A stretch of 64,000 nucleotides of DNA. Origin: an uncultured delta proteobacterium. GTDB taxonomy: Bacteria > Desulfobacterota > BSN033 > UBA1163. A model generated the notes under the pieces. It saw only the letters and a program-made list of their open reading frames with translations. It was not told the DNA's origin and did no database searches. Location: NCBI GenBank assembly GCA_963827685.1, contig CAWHBU010000002.1:192001-256000 (forward strand), read 5' to 3'. This document shows, in pieces, positions 18,608 to 30,272 of the stretch (the first letter of the stretch is position 1; every line of letters starts with the position of its first letter). A program made the position numbers and the translations under genes.

Positions 18608-19800
18608 GTCTTCTTTGTTAGTTCGGGCGTTTGCTGTTCACCCTCATCAACTGGTAATAACTCCAAGTTTTTCAAACCTATGAGAAATAAAAGTCCCATC
18701 AGGGTAAATATTCCAAGTGACATAAAGGACTCAACAGGAGTGATTGGGAAAGAACCTGCCATTCCCCAGATCCCTTCGATTTTCCCCGGATAGAAAGGCA
18801 AAGGATAGGCTGTCCCAGGGATCACCAATGAAAATCTTTCTCCAAATATGCCAATGACGACTAAAAAGGCAGCCACCATTACTCCTTTAAGGGTCTTGCC
18901 AAACCGAGGATGAAATAATATGAGAACGGGAAATACATAGGCGAATCCAACCTGCAATATCCAGAAGATCCAGGAGTAAGGCCCAGTCAATAGCCAGAGG
19001 GTAGGATCTCGATGGGGTGAATAAAGATGGGTCAGTTTATCGACGAGTACCATCACAGCCAGGACAATAATCAGGACCCGGAGGTATCTGCTCAAGGAAA
19101 AGATCAGTTCTTGATTTAGATTCCTTCTCGTAGATTTAAAAGTGGCCACCACGGTGATCATTAGCAGGGCCAGCCCAGAGACCATGGCCGCAGCCAAAAA
19201 TTCAAAAGGCTTGATCGGTGAAAAGAAGATAGGTCGGGTGGCGATGAATCCAAATATGGCTCCTGTACCCATATGGACCAGAGCCGCCCAAAAGATGGCG
19301 ATTTTCCCCATCATGCTGATGAATTTATATTTCTCGGCAAATATGGCCCCGAGGTAAACCATCCCGATCAGGAAATATCCTCCGTATAGAATCCCATTTA
19401 CTGCAAACATGGAGCGCATATTATTCAATACAAAAAACATAAAAAGCCGCCAGGTTTTTTCAGGTCTTCCGAGATCCAGAGCAATCCCAATCATGGCACC
19501 CAGAATAAGAATGATGGCGAGGTAGACAGCGAGCCTTGCGATGGGGCGATATTCCTCTTTCCCAAAGACGTAGGTCAGGGCAGAAAGGATAAGAGAACCG
19601 GCACTCAAGCCTATCAAATAAATAGTGATCGTAATAGGCATTCCCCAGGGGATGATACTGCTTGACCCGAGGACATGGTGACCTGAAATATAGCTCACCA
19701 TGAAACAGATAAAACCAATGAGCGTGAAGATCGAAAAGAGGATCAGGAGTATATAAAACTCTCTCGATTTACCATCTATTTTTGAGTAAGCTAATCCCAT
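18604..19800 (-). CDS. NrfD/PsrC-family membrane anchor
   Basis: PWGMPI..YLIGLSAG, DLGRPEK, ~10 TM helices. Confidence 0.9.
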   Translation of the reverse strand: MGLAYSKIDGKSREFYILLILFSIFTLIGFICFMVSYISGHHVLGSSSIIPWGMPITITIYLIGLSAGSLILSALTYVFGKEEYRPIARLAVYLAIILILGAMIGIALDLGRPEKTWRLFMFFVLNNMRSMFAVNGILYGGYFLIGMVYLGAIFAEKYKFISMMGKIAIFWAALVHMGTGAIFGFIATRPIFFSPIKPFEFLAAAMVSGLALLMITVVATFKSTRRNLNQELIFSLSRYLRVLIIVLAVMVLVDKLTHLYSPHRDPTLWLLTGPYSWIFWILQVGFAYVFPVLILFHPRFGKTLKGVMVAAFLVVIGIFGERFSLVIPGTAYPLPFYPGKIEGIWGMAGSFPITPVESFMSLGIFTLMGLLFLIGLKNLELLPVDEGEQQTPELTKKT

Positions 19801-19825
19801 CTGAAATTACCTCATTTTAAAACTA

Positions 19826-19949
19826 TTCAGACACTGGACTTCAGACTTTAGACACCAGACTTTGGCCACTTCCTTCATTCAGTCTAATGCCTGCCTTCGC
19901 CGAAGCGCTTCGCGCAGGCAGGTCTGGAGTCTATGGTCTAGTGTCTGAA
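19826..19949. repeat. Heptamer-repeat palindrome (cagacac/agacttt ... gtctgg) carrying a 33-bp insert at 19890-19922; sister copy 20658-20790
   Basis: Same left and right arms occur on both sides of the Fe-S subunit gene. Confidence 0.7.
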
Positions 19950-19954
19950 TCGCC

Positions 19955-20650
19955 TCATTTTAAGAGATAATAGACTTTGGGCTTCGTATCCAGTTCCTCC
20001 CGCAATCTGATCCATGCTCTTGAAGACAGCAGGTGAGATACCTTGCTGTGGGTATCATCCAAATCTCCAAATATTCTGGCCTCTGCGGGACAGTCTTCGA
20101 CACAGGCCGGCACTACTTCTGTTCCTATTTTTTTGCCTTCCTTTATCCCTCGATCGATTCGATGAAAACAGAAGGTACATTTCTCGACTACGCCGTGGGT
20201 CCTGGTCGGGAATGGCCATTGTCCCCAGACGCTTCTGTCTGGAGGCAAATCGGGGCGGAGATATTCTTTTTCTTCTTGTTCTTTGCTATTGAAGCTCCTT
20301 GCCCCGTAGGGGCAGGCGACGATGCAATATTTACATCCAATACACCTTCTGAAATCCTGGACGACAATACCGTCTTCACGGCGATAAGTTGCCTTGGCCG
20401 GACAGACGGTGACACAAGGAGCATGATCGCAATGCATACACGGCATTGAGATGATTTCGGTATTCACCCGAGGATATTTCCCGGTGGTCACGGCAATGAC
20501 CTTATTCCAGAAAATATCTCTTCTCATTCTCTGGTCATCCGGTGAGCCATATGGAACGTTGTTCTCGTTCTTGCAAGCCGTTGAGCATGCCTGGCAGCCG
20601 ACACATTTATCCAGATCAATCACCATTCCCCATCTTGGCATTGTTATCAC
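19955..20650 (-). CDS. 4x[4Fe-4S] electron-transfer subunit (ArrB/PsrB/NrfC-like)
   Basis: WGMVIDLDKCVGCQAC, CMHCDHAPCVTVCP, CIGCKYCIVACPYGAR, KCTFC, PACVEDCP. Confidence 0.92.
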   Translation of the reverse strand: MITMPRWGMVIDLDKCVGCQACSTACKNENNVPYGSPDDQRMRRDIFWNKVIAVTTGKYPRVNTEIISMPCMHCDHAPCVTVCPAKATYRREDGIVVQDFRRCIGCKYCIVACPYGARSFNSKEQEEKEYLRPDLPPDRSVWGQWPFPTRTHGVVEKCTFCFHRIDRGIKEGKKIGTEVVPACVEDCPAEARIFGDLDDTHSKVSHLLSSRAWIRLREELDTKPKVYYLLK

Positions 20651-20788
20651 CCCAAAATTCAGACACTGGACTCTCGCCTGCCAAAGAACTTGTTCGGCGA
20701 GCAGGTCAGACTTTAGACACCAGACGTTCTTATTTACTCAGGGAACGAACCTCTCCTCGGTCTAATGTCTGAGGTCTATGGTCTGATG

Positions 20789-23131
20789 TCATAGTTTATA
20801 AACCTTCACTCTGGTATTAAAAAAGGCAGCTTGCCCGCTGATGGTGTCATAATCCACACCGATGATGTCATGGGGATTCACACCGATTCCCTTTTGCCAT
20901 TTTCCATAGGAGTAATGTCCTTGTCCAGAAGGCATCGCTACCACCCCTGGATGAACCCCTTCAGAAAACTTAACCTTTGCTTTAATTTTTTGGAACGGAG
21001 ATTCTACCCATACCATTTGGCCATCCTTCAGCCGAAGTTTCTTTGCGGTTTCGCTATTCATCTCCGCCAGGGTTTCCCAGCCCACTCCATCCATGGGCAG
21101 AAATATTTCCTGGGCCCAAGGATAATTCTGACTTCCGTTTTCTATAGTCACGAGAGGTTGATAAGGAAGCAATATAAAGGGAAATTTTTCTTTATCCCCT
21201 AAGAATTTTGCCTCTGTGTAGTGCGGCAGGTAGTCTGAACCTTCGCCTTTCCCCTTTTTCATTTTGGCAATTAAGGCTTTGAGGTTTCCTGAGGAAAATT
21301 CAAGTTTTTTGGAGGGGGTGTGGAAAATACGGTCATACTTCCTATATTCATAATCTTTTCCTATCCAGACTCCCTTTTTTAGAAAATCTTTCCAGGGGAT
21401 CAGTTTTTCAGTTCGGATTTTAACAAACCCTTCGGCATGATCACCTATATTGGCAAAGGATTGGGCCACTCCTCCTCGAAGTCCTCGCGCTATATCAAAA
21501 AGGATATCTATAATAGGGCGTGCACTGCCTTGGGGGGAGACGGCTGGCCGTTTAATTTTAACTTCGGCAAAACCTGATCCCGGAGGGGAATGATCGTAAC
21601 CCCATTCCTCCAAAAAAGTGGTGGATGGCAATACCAGGTCAGCGTAGAGTGCCATCTCACTGATAAAGGGAGAGAGATGGACATAATAGGGTAGTTTCGT
21701 CAAAGCCTTATCCCATCGATCCGTTCCGGGGGAAGACATGTTAAAGTTGCTATTGAAGCCGATAGCCATCTCAATGGGGTAGGGGGCATTTTCTAACAGG
21801 GATTCAGGGATTTGATTTGTTACGACCTTGGCCGCAGGAAATCTATCGGTTCCATGAAGATCGATGACTGGTTTGGCTTTGCCTTTTTTTGTTGTCTCAT
21901 CCTCCACCCATCGGGGCATTTCATTATATTGAGGACTCTCCTGATAGATGATCCCTCCTGGTACATCGATGCTGCCCACTAAGGCATTCAGGCAGAATAT
22001 GGCGTAGCTGGTGAATGACCCTTCAGGCCAGTTAAGCGATTCCTTACCTCGCAGGGCAAGGGCGGGTTGGGTTTGGGCAAATTCTCTTGCGATTCTTTGA
22101 ATGGCCTCGGGTTCAATGCCAGTTATTTTTGATACCTCTTTTGGCGCATATTGACTGAGCACCAAATTCTTATAGGAATCGAATCCCACTGTCCAGCCTT
22201 TGACAAACGTCTTATCATAAAGTTCTTCGCTGATGATGACGTGGGCAATGGCCATCGCCAGGGCACCGTCTGTGCCTGGGTTGATGGGTATCCACTCATC
22301 CGCTTTGGCTGCCGTAACGGAGTATCTTGGATTGATCACCACAACTTTTGTGCGATTTGGTTTTTCCCGGCGGAATTTTCCCCATTTTCTCAAAAATCGA
22401 GACAAAGGCTTGGAGGATTCGAGCATATCGGTGCCAAATGCCAGGACATAATTGGTGTGATCAAGATCATAAGCCGTATCGGCATAGTGTCCGTCGGCCA
22501 TCCAGTTACCCGATTTCTCTGTCTCACTATCCAGTCCGTCTCCCGAAACAAGATTGGGGGTTCCAAAGGCTTCTGCAAATCGGAGAATCAACTCTTCACT
22601 GCTGACCGTATTTAATCCGTAAAAAAGGAGAACTTTATGGGATTCGCCATTCTCTCTCAGTTTTCTTAATCGGTTTGTCACTTCACTCAACGCTTGATCC
22701 CAAGAGATAGGAGTCCATTTAGGATCGACCCCTTTTCCTTTTTTGTTGTTTGTTCTTTTTAAAGGGGTATTGATCCGTTCGGAATCATATAATACCTGAA
22801 GACCAACGTGTGCCCGGGGGCAGATCTTCCCTTCGGAAACTCGCGAAAGAGGATTTCCGGTTATCTTGACTGCTTTGCCATTTACCACCCTTACCCGGGT
22901 AGCACAACGAGCCGGACAATTCAAACAAGAGGTGGCTATCCATTTCTCTTCAAAGGTCTTCTGAATATTTTTTTGAAGAGGGGAGGCCGCAGGGGTATCC
23001 AATTGACCGATGATCTTACTGGCTCCGACTGCCGCAGCGGTGAAGGCCGACCACTTAAGAAATTTCCTTCTGTCCATCTTCAACCCATTTCGCTCCTTTT
23101 CTTTTGACCCCGACCCAACCTTGTTTTTCAT
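20789..23131 (-). CDS. Tat-exported DMSO-reductase-family molybdopterin oxidoreductase, ArrA/ArxA/PsrA-like
   Basis: DRRKFLK signal, CLNCPARC...ICP FS0 motif, KRTNNKKGKGVDPKWTPISWDQAL, C-terminal molybdopterin-binding domain. Confidence 0.88.
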   Translation of the reverse strand: MKNKVGSGSKEKERNGLKMDRRKFLKWSAFTAAAVGASKIIGQLDTPAASPLQKNIQKTFEEKWIATSCLNCPARCATRVRVVNGKAVKITGNPLSRVSEGKICPRAHVGLQVLYDSERINTPLKRTNNKKGKGVDPKWTPISWDQALSEVTNRLRKLRENGESHKVLLFYGLNTVSSEELILRFAEAFGTPNLVSGDGLDSETEKSGNWMADGHYADTAYDLDHTNYVLAFGTDMLESSKPLSRFLRKWGKFRREKPNRTKVVVINPRYSVTAAKADEWIPINPGTDGALAMAIAHVIISEELYDKTFVKGWTVGFDSYKNLVLSQYAPKEVSKITGIEPEAIQRIAREFAQTQPALALRGKESLNWPEGSFTSYAIFCLNALVGSIDVPGGIIYQESPQYNEMPRWVEDETTKKGKAKPVIDLHGTDRFPAAKVVTNQIPESLLENAPYPIEMAIGFNSNFNMSSPGTDRWDKALTKLPYYVHLSPFISEMALYADLVLPSTTFLEEWGYDHSPPGSGFAEVKIKRPAVSPQGSARPIIDILFDIARGLRGGVAQSFANIGDHAEGFVKIRTEKLIPWKDFLKKGVWIGKDYEYRKYDRIFHTPSKKLEFSSGNLKALIAKMKKGKGEGSDYLPHYTEAKFLGDKEKFPFILLPYQPLVTIENGSQNYPWAQEIFLPMDGVGWETLAEMNSETAKKLRLKDGQMVWVESPFQKIKAKVKFSEGVHPGVVAMPSGQGHYSYGKWQKGIGVNPHDIIGVDYDTISGQAAFFNTRVKVYKL

Positions 23132-25402
23132 TGCTTCTACCCCAAGAATTTTATAAAACCCTGAGCAGTGTATTCAAAAGAATTGATGGATGTCAATCCG
23201 CAAGCAAACCTCCTGCTTGCAGTTAGCTGTGAAATTATACATTTTTTTTGTGGAATTGCAATAAATTCTTGCGTGGAGCGCGGCAAGGTAAAGGTAAGGT
23301 TTAAATTTCTAAATGCATTAGTCCCTATGTTCCAAAGGGAAAAGAATAAGAGTTTCCCTGTTTCTTCCCCTTATCGTGAGGGACTCTCCTCTCCTCCGAC
23401 TTCTCTGGCGACGTCATTGTGCTGATCAATAACCCAATCCGCCCTGGCTGAAAAACTGTCGTCTGTCCCGTATCCTGCGGAAGAGCGGTGAATTTATTAT
23501 TCGGGCTTACCGATATGGTGACTGACGCAGGATTCTCACTTAGGCCCGAAAAATCCCAAACTCATAAGAAGGTGAAGCCTATCGAGTTCAAGGTCCCGGG
23601 TTATTCACTTGCGTTGTGCCTGAAAAGGCAATTCCACTCCCACCGCTGATGATCTCTCCTGTGACGGTCGAGCTACTGAGCGCTACTGCCCGTTGCGGCG
23701 CCAATACAATCCCGACCACAGAGGCCCCCCCGCTCATCGCAACGCCCCTTCCACTCCCAACGAAGTTGTAAAGAACATCTGAGGGAGTGATACCCCCTGC
23801 CAACACGATCCTGCTTACCCCTGAAAGAGCGAAGCTGCCGGAAACATTCATGATGAAACACCCCCCGTGGGGAGCATTCAACGTCACCGTCCCGTTTGAG
23901 ATGGCTACGTTCGTGATATGCAAGACATTGGTCCCTATGCCGCCCGTAATGGTGATGTTCTGAGACGGGTTGCTGATCGTGATACTCGTGGGAGAAGTAA
24001 TGGTGGCTGGCAGGCTCGCCGCACTCTGTGAAGCTGCCAGGGCATCCGCAACTGCCTGGTCCAGGATTCCATTGGTCGCCGTATTCTGCTGAATGCCCCC
24101 AGCCACTTTGCTGGTCCCAGATTTGTTTAAACGGCCTGCTGTGTTGAGGGAGAGTATGCCATTGATGATAGAGGATCCGCTCATATTCACATTACCGGCA
24201 TCGGCAACCCCCACGTTGGCCACTACTCCCTTAACAGAGGATGAGCCGCTCATCGATACGCTGGTACTGCTTGCCGAACCGATCCCTCCCATTCCAAGAA
24301 TACCCCATTGGCCTGGACCTGCTGAACGCAAGAGGTTAACCGGGGTATAGGGATTCCATTCAGAAACCGAGAAGTCATCGAAGTAGAACGGACTGCCTAA
24401 ATGATGAATGACCCCTATTTTATTCAGGATAAAGGAGTGCGTGCCCTCGTATTCCCACGTAGCATTTTTCGGAGACACCTGGAGGCCGCTGCCCACATGA
24501 ACGTCGTCAATGAACACATCCGCAATCAGATTTGCAAAGTCAATCTGAACGCGGACTTTGTGCCAGACCCCGATAGAAAAACTGTCCAGTAATAGAACCG
24601 TGAATCCGTGGTCTCTATCGGCACTGGTGAAATAGACCTTTCCGTCAGTCCCATTAAAGTAGACAGCATTGAACTGGGGCACAATCCCCAGGATCTCTTC
24701 AGAGAAGCCAACGTACGCACCACTCGCTGTCGAATTGACCTTTGCCCAGACCTCATAGGCGATTCTGTCAGGATAAGTGTCACCAAGGTTCACAAAAGCG
24801 CTTCCACTGCCCTCCGGTCCGCTGGAAACAGAGATAGAGTTTGCTGGGGAATGGGACCCACTGCCTGTCACAATCGCCGGGCCCCCATTGAAGTTATCCC
24901 ATGGAAGATTCGGCAGTGTCCCGACAGGATCATCCTCAAAGTCGTCCGAGAAAGGCAGGCTGACCACCTGGATCTGTTTGAACGTAGCAATGATCGTATG
25001 ATCCGAGGTGACGTTGCTGAAGGTATAGGACTTCGTTACACCCAGCATTGCTCCATCCACTTCCACATCCGATATGCGATAGCCGGTATTCGGGGTGATG
25101 GTGAAGGTCAGGCTCCCGCCGTGATCCACGGTAACCGATCCTGATGGAGTGATCGTGCCGTTTGATCCCGCCGCTGCGATAATCGTGTGCTGGTTGATCG
25201 CAAAGAGGGCTTCGATCGTATGGGCAGCGGTCACATTGGTAAATGTGTAGGTCGCTTTCGCCCCTATCGATCTCCCATCTACGTTTACATCTGATATGCG
25301 ATACCCAGCATCCGGAACCATGGTGAATGTCTGGCTCGCACCATGATCCACTGTCATGGCTCCTGATGGAACGATTGAGCCGTTTGGTCCTGCTGTTGCA
25401 AT

Positions 25403-26041
25403 AATCGTGTACTGGTTGATTGCAAAGTTTGCCTGAATCACATGATTCGTAGTCACATTGCTGATCGTGTACTCAGTTATAGGAACCCCATTATCCGTCA
25501 CCTCCACCACATGATAACCCTCACTCGGTGTGATGGTGAAGGTCTGGTTGCTCCCGTAATCAACCAACATCGATCCCGACGGGGTGATCGTGCCATTCGG
25601 CCCCGCAGTCGCTGTAATCGTGTACTGGTTGATTGCAAAGCTCGCCTGAATCACATGATTCGTAGTCACATTGCTGATCGTGTACTCAGTTATAGGAACC
25701 CCATTATCCGTCACCTCCACCACATGATAACCCTCACTCGGTGTGATGGTGAAGGTCTGGCTGCTCCCGTAATCAACCAACATCGATCCCGACGGGGTGA
25801 TCGTGCCATTCGGCCCCGCAGTCGCTGTAATCGTGTACTGGTTGATTGCAAAGCTCGCCTGAATCACATGATCCGCAGTCACATTGCTGATCGTGTAGTC
25901 AGTTATAGGAACCCCGTTATCCGTCACCTCCACCACGTGATAACCCTCACTCGGTGTGATGGTGAAGGTCTGGCTTTCTCCATGATTTACTATGACTGCG
26001 CCCGATGGAGTGATTGTGCCGCCCGGTCCTGCTGTAGCCGT
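25403..26041 (-). repeat. Three near-identical tandem 213-bp (71-aa) coding repeats
   Basis: aatcgt anchor at 25403, 25616, 25829, 26042; YTITATAGPNGTITPSG...HVIQASFAINQ. Confidence 0.9.
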
Positions 26042-29000
26042 AATCGTATGCTGGGCGCTGAATGAGAATACCGAGAAGTCATCAAAGTAGAACGGCTCTC
26101 CAAGAGCATGCGTTACCCCGATTTTATTTAATTGGAAGGAATGCGTGCCGTCCTGCTCCCACGTGGCATCCTTCGGAGAAACTGGGAGGTCTCTGCCCAC
26201 CAGAACGTCGTCAATGAACACATCCGCAATCAGATTTGCAAAGTCGATCTGAACGCGGACTTTGTGCCAAACGCCAATAGCGAAACTATCCAATAGTGGA
26301 ACCGTGAACCCATGGTCTTTATCGGCACTGGTGAAGTAGACCTTTCCGTCAGTCCCGTTAAAGTAGACGGCGTTAAATTGAGGCATGATGCCTAAGATCT
26401 CTTCAGAGAAGCCGACGTAGGCACTGCTCGCCGTCGAATTCACCTTGGCCCAGACCTCATAGGCGATCCTGTCAGGATAAGTCTCGCCGAGACCGACAAA
26501 GCTACTCTGGCTGTTCTCCGGTCCTCCACCGATCGTTATAGAGTTCTGCCCCGTATGGAATTCTGTATCGGTTACGGATCCTTGCACGGCACCAAGCTCA
26601 AACCATGGAGTGGGAGGTGAAGCGTTAACTGTATAACTGTCAAAGTTGTCCGAGAATGGAAGTGTGACAGCCTGAATGACCTTGAATGCGGTGCTCGCTA
26701 CTGTTTTTGCTTGTGTTATGGTGACTGAGGACACCTGAAGGATCACCAGATAGGTTCGGGGCGGGAGGCCTGAGGTTGAAGCAGTAAAGTTGCCTGTGAA
26801 GGTTGTGCCCATGGGAAGGTTGACGGTGCTTTCAAGTGTATTCTTAACCTCCTGGGTATCTGGATTTACAATTAGAACCTTCGCCGTAAGACCTGAAATG
26901 TCCTCGTTGCCTTTGTTGGTGACGCTGTAGCTTAAGATCTCGTCCTGACCTTGATAAAGTAAATTGGGTTGAGCTGTAATCGTCCCCAGAATGCCCTCGC
27001 TTGTCTGAGACGAGCCAAGGATTTCGAAGCTCGCTGTGGATGTGCCAAGGAGGGATGCTCCCTCAAGGACTTCAAGTCCTACCGTATAGGTTCCTCTGGG
27101 ATTGGTTGATGTATTCCAATAGGTTTTCAACTCAACACGCTGACCTTGGGCGAGAAAAGGGATGGTCTTTGTATCTGTGAATAGGGTCGTACCCTGACTA
27201 TTCAGGAGGGTTATTTGGGCAGCAAGGCTGGAGAAGATGTAGTTGGGGCTTGTGCTCTGAATCGTGGAGGTAATGGTCACAGCCTGATTCGAGAGATAAG
27301 ATATCTTGTCCGGAAATACGCTCGAGCCTATCTCTTTTACCGGAGCGATTGTGATGGGCGTTTCTGCCTTGGCAATCACGTTGCTTGCTTCGATGAAATC
27401 GCAGTAAGCTTTGTAATCGCCTGAGAGAGTTTGGGCCGTATTCCACAGGTAGCTGACCGCTCTTTTTTCATTCGGTCCAAGATTAAACCCTTGATCGTTA
27501 GCCACGATAGATACAACGTTTCCATTCAGGTCTAAGATTTTAACTTCCAACGTTCCTGACCGATTCGCATTGAGAACGTTATTAATGTTTACCGTGATCT
27601 GAACATTCTCATTGGCTGTATAAGCGGATTTGTCTGTAAGAATCCCTAAACTCACGCCCGCTTGACCAATCGTGATTAGATTGGATGCGGTGTTGTTGGT
27701 CTCCAGCATCTCATCAATCTTATTATCGGGATCTACGCTGATGAAGAAGTGATGATCCCCTGAAAAACCGACCGTGTCAACGTTAAAGCTCAATGTTGCT
27801 GTTCCGCCGGATGGAATGATCGGCATATTCAAGCTCTTGGTAACGAGCATACCCCCTACTGACGGATCTCCCTCATATAGAGAGACCTCGACATTGCCCA
27901 CTGCAACGCCAAGGTTATGGACAGTGGCGCTGATAACTAAAGGGTCTCCCTCATTCGGGTTCATATTTGAGAAGACAATATCAGAAGATGTTATAGACAA
28001 ATCAGGTTTCGTGGGAGGAGTGACATTAACAGAAATGATTCCAACATTATTATTTTCATTGGTCTCCCTTATTAAATCCTGAGGATCAACAATAACGTGG
28101 ATGTAATGGAGTCCCGATTTCCCCAATGTACTCCACTGAATTTGCGTCTGAGCGCTGCCGTTCACCGGAACACTGGAAATCTTCGCAAGACCGATGAGCA
28201 GACCGCCCTGGGTGGGGTCTCCGTCGTAGAATGAAACATCCACATTCTGTATGTCATTTTCTCCTGAACAATGGACCACAGCAGAAATCGTTACTTGTGC
28301 TCCACCCCACGGGGCCACTGGGTCAATGGTGATATCCGAGGCGCTTATAGAGAGGTCTTGTTCCACGATACGAGCGACAACGGTGAGTGTTTTAGATGCT
28401 TTATTGTTTGTCTTATCCGTCTCAAGAATGGTATTGTCGGGATCGATCACGACATAAATCTCATGCAGGCCCTCCGTAAAGCTGGCTTCGACGGGGAAAT
28501 CCTTGTTTCCTTGCGCCGGCACGTAAGCCATTGTCAGACGTCCTAATTCGGCCCCTCCGGTAGCCGGATCACTATCATAAAAACCTACGGTCACATTTTC
28601 CATATCAATGGTTGTCGGGTTATGCACCTCGGCAGTCATAACGACTTTTTCTCCGACCAAGGGTGAATTTGGAGAAAAGGAAATATCATCGCCTTGGATC
28701 GAAAGATCGCCAATCTCCGGAAGAATGAGCTTCTGACCCGTAGAGGTGCTCCTTCGATTCACCACAATCTTACTGGTAGGGAATACGACCTGAACATCAT
28801 ACTTGTAATTGGAATTGACCCCAAAATGTGCGTCACTTGAGTCCTGGCTCACATAACCCTGTCCTCCGGCCTGAACCTGTCTGAAGCCTTTCAGGTGATC
28901 CCTTTCCCCCAAGTGGCCTTCTTCATAGACGCTGATCTTGCTTCCAATGCCATAGTAGTTGCTCCTTTTGCCTCGGAGCGAGATGAGTAGATAGTTGTTG

Positions 29001-30272
29001 TCATTCATCTCATTCTTATAGATGTATTGCCCGCCCACAATATCAATATCACCATCATTATCAATATCACCTAATAATACCGTGTACCATGGAAGGTTTA
29101 ATTTATTGAGAGGAGTAATGTCCGTGAACTGCCGGTTTCCGTCATTTCGGATCAGCACGCCGGTATCGGAATAGAGGATATCGAGGTAGCCGTTATGATC
29201 AAAATCCGCGAGGCTGATGGTATAAACTCCGCTTCTCGGAAGTGCAACGGAATTGGCTAAAGAGAAATTTCCATGGCCATCATTGAAATAAACTCTCCCG
29301 TCAAGGGTGACGATGTCTAGATAACCGTCGTTATCCATATCACCCAAAGCGACGTCCCACGAGGAACTTCCAGGGAGAGCTTGAGACCTTGTGAAATGGC
29401 CAGTGCCATCATTTTTGTAAATGACGGCACTCCCGTTACAAACCACTACGTCGAGATAGCCGTCGCCGTCTAAGTCACCTAACTCCACACTTTCAGTGCC
29501 CTCTGAAAATCCAGGAATTCTTCTAAACGTCCCGTCTCCGTTATTCAGGTAGATATATTGTTCTCCACCATAGGCTCCTACAAAGAGATCAAGATAGCCG
29601 TCATTGTTAAGATCCCCGAAGACAGCGTTTACTGTGTAAGTGTTAATGCCTTTCAGGCCTGCCTGTTGTGTGATCTCTGTAAAGGTGAGATTCCCGTTGT
29701 TTTTATAGAGTCGATTATCGCCTGTGGTGCTGCACGTAAAGACGTCGAGATATCCGTCGTTATCGATATCCCCGAAGGCGCTGCTGTAGTCGCGTCCAGT
29801 TCTGAAACCTGTCTTACTCGGGTTAAGATCCGTGAAATTCCCATGTCCGTCATTGACCAGAAGGGCCGAACCAGAGGAATCGATAACATCGAGGGCTCCG
29901 TCATTATTAAGGTCTCCCATGGCCCTGTAAGAGTCTTGAATAATCTGATTGACCTGTGTAAATCGGACATTTCTGACGATGGTGACAATCGCTAAGTTGT
30001 TGAACTCGTCCTGCTCTAACAGAACATTGTCCGGATCCGCTTCAATATAGATGAAATCATTTGGGTCGGTCACTACCCAGGTGGTTTGTACCAGAGACTG
30101 TCCTCCAGCTGCGAGGCTTGGGGTATGGAACGTGGCAATGAGGGCTTCCTTGGTATAGATCTTCACATCGGCTCCGTTAGAGATCGGATCTGTCCCCAGA
30201 TTATGAATTTGGGCGCTTATCGTTACTATCTGACCAGCTTTGGCGTCCGCTGGGGAGATGGTCACATCTTTA

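Noticed and set aside
25403-26041. Regular repeats as a CRISPR array
   Set aside because: 213-bp coding tandem units with no unique spacers and no cas genes
24365-26490. Duplicated ~430-bp segments as a DGR template/variable repeat pair
   Set aside because: Differences are not adenine-specific, both copies are in frame in one gene, and no reverse transcriptase is present
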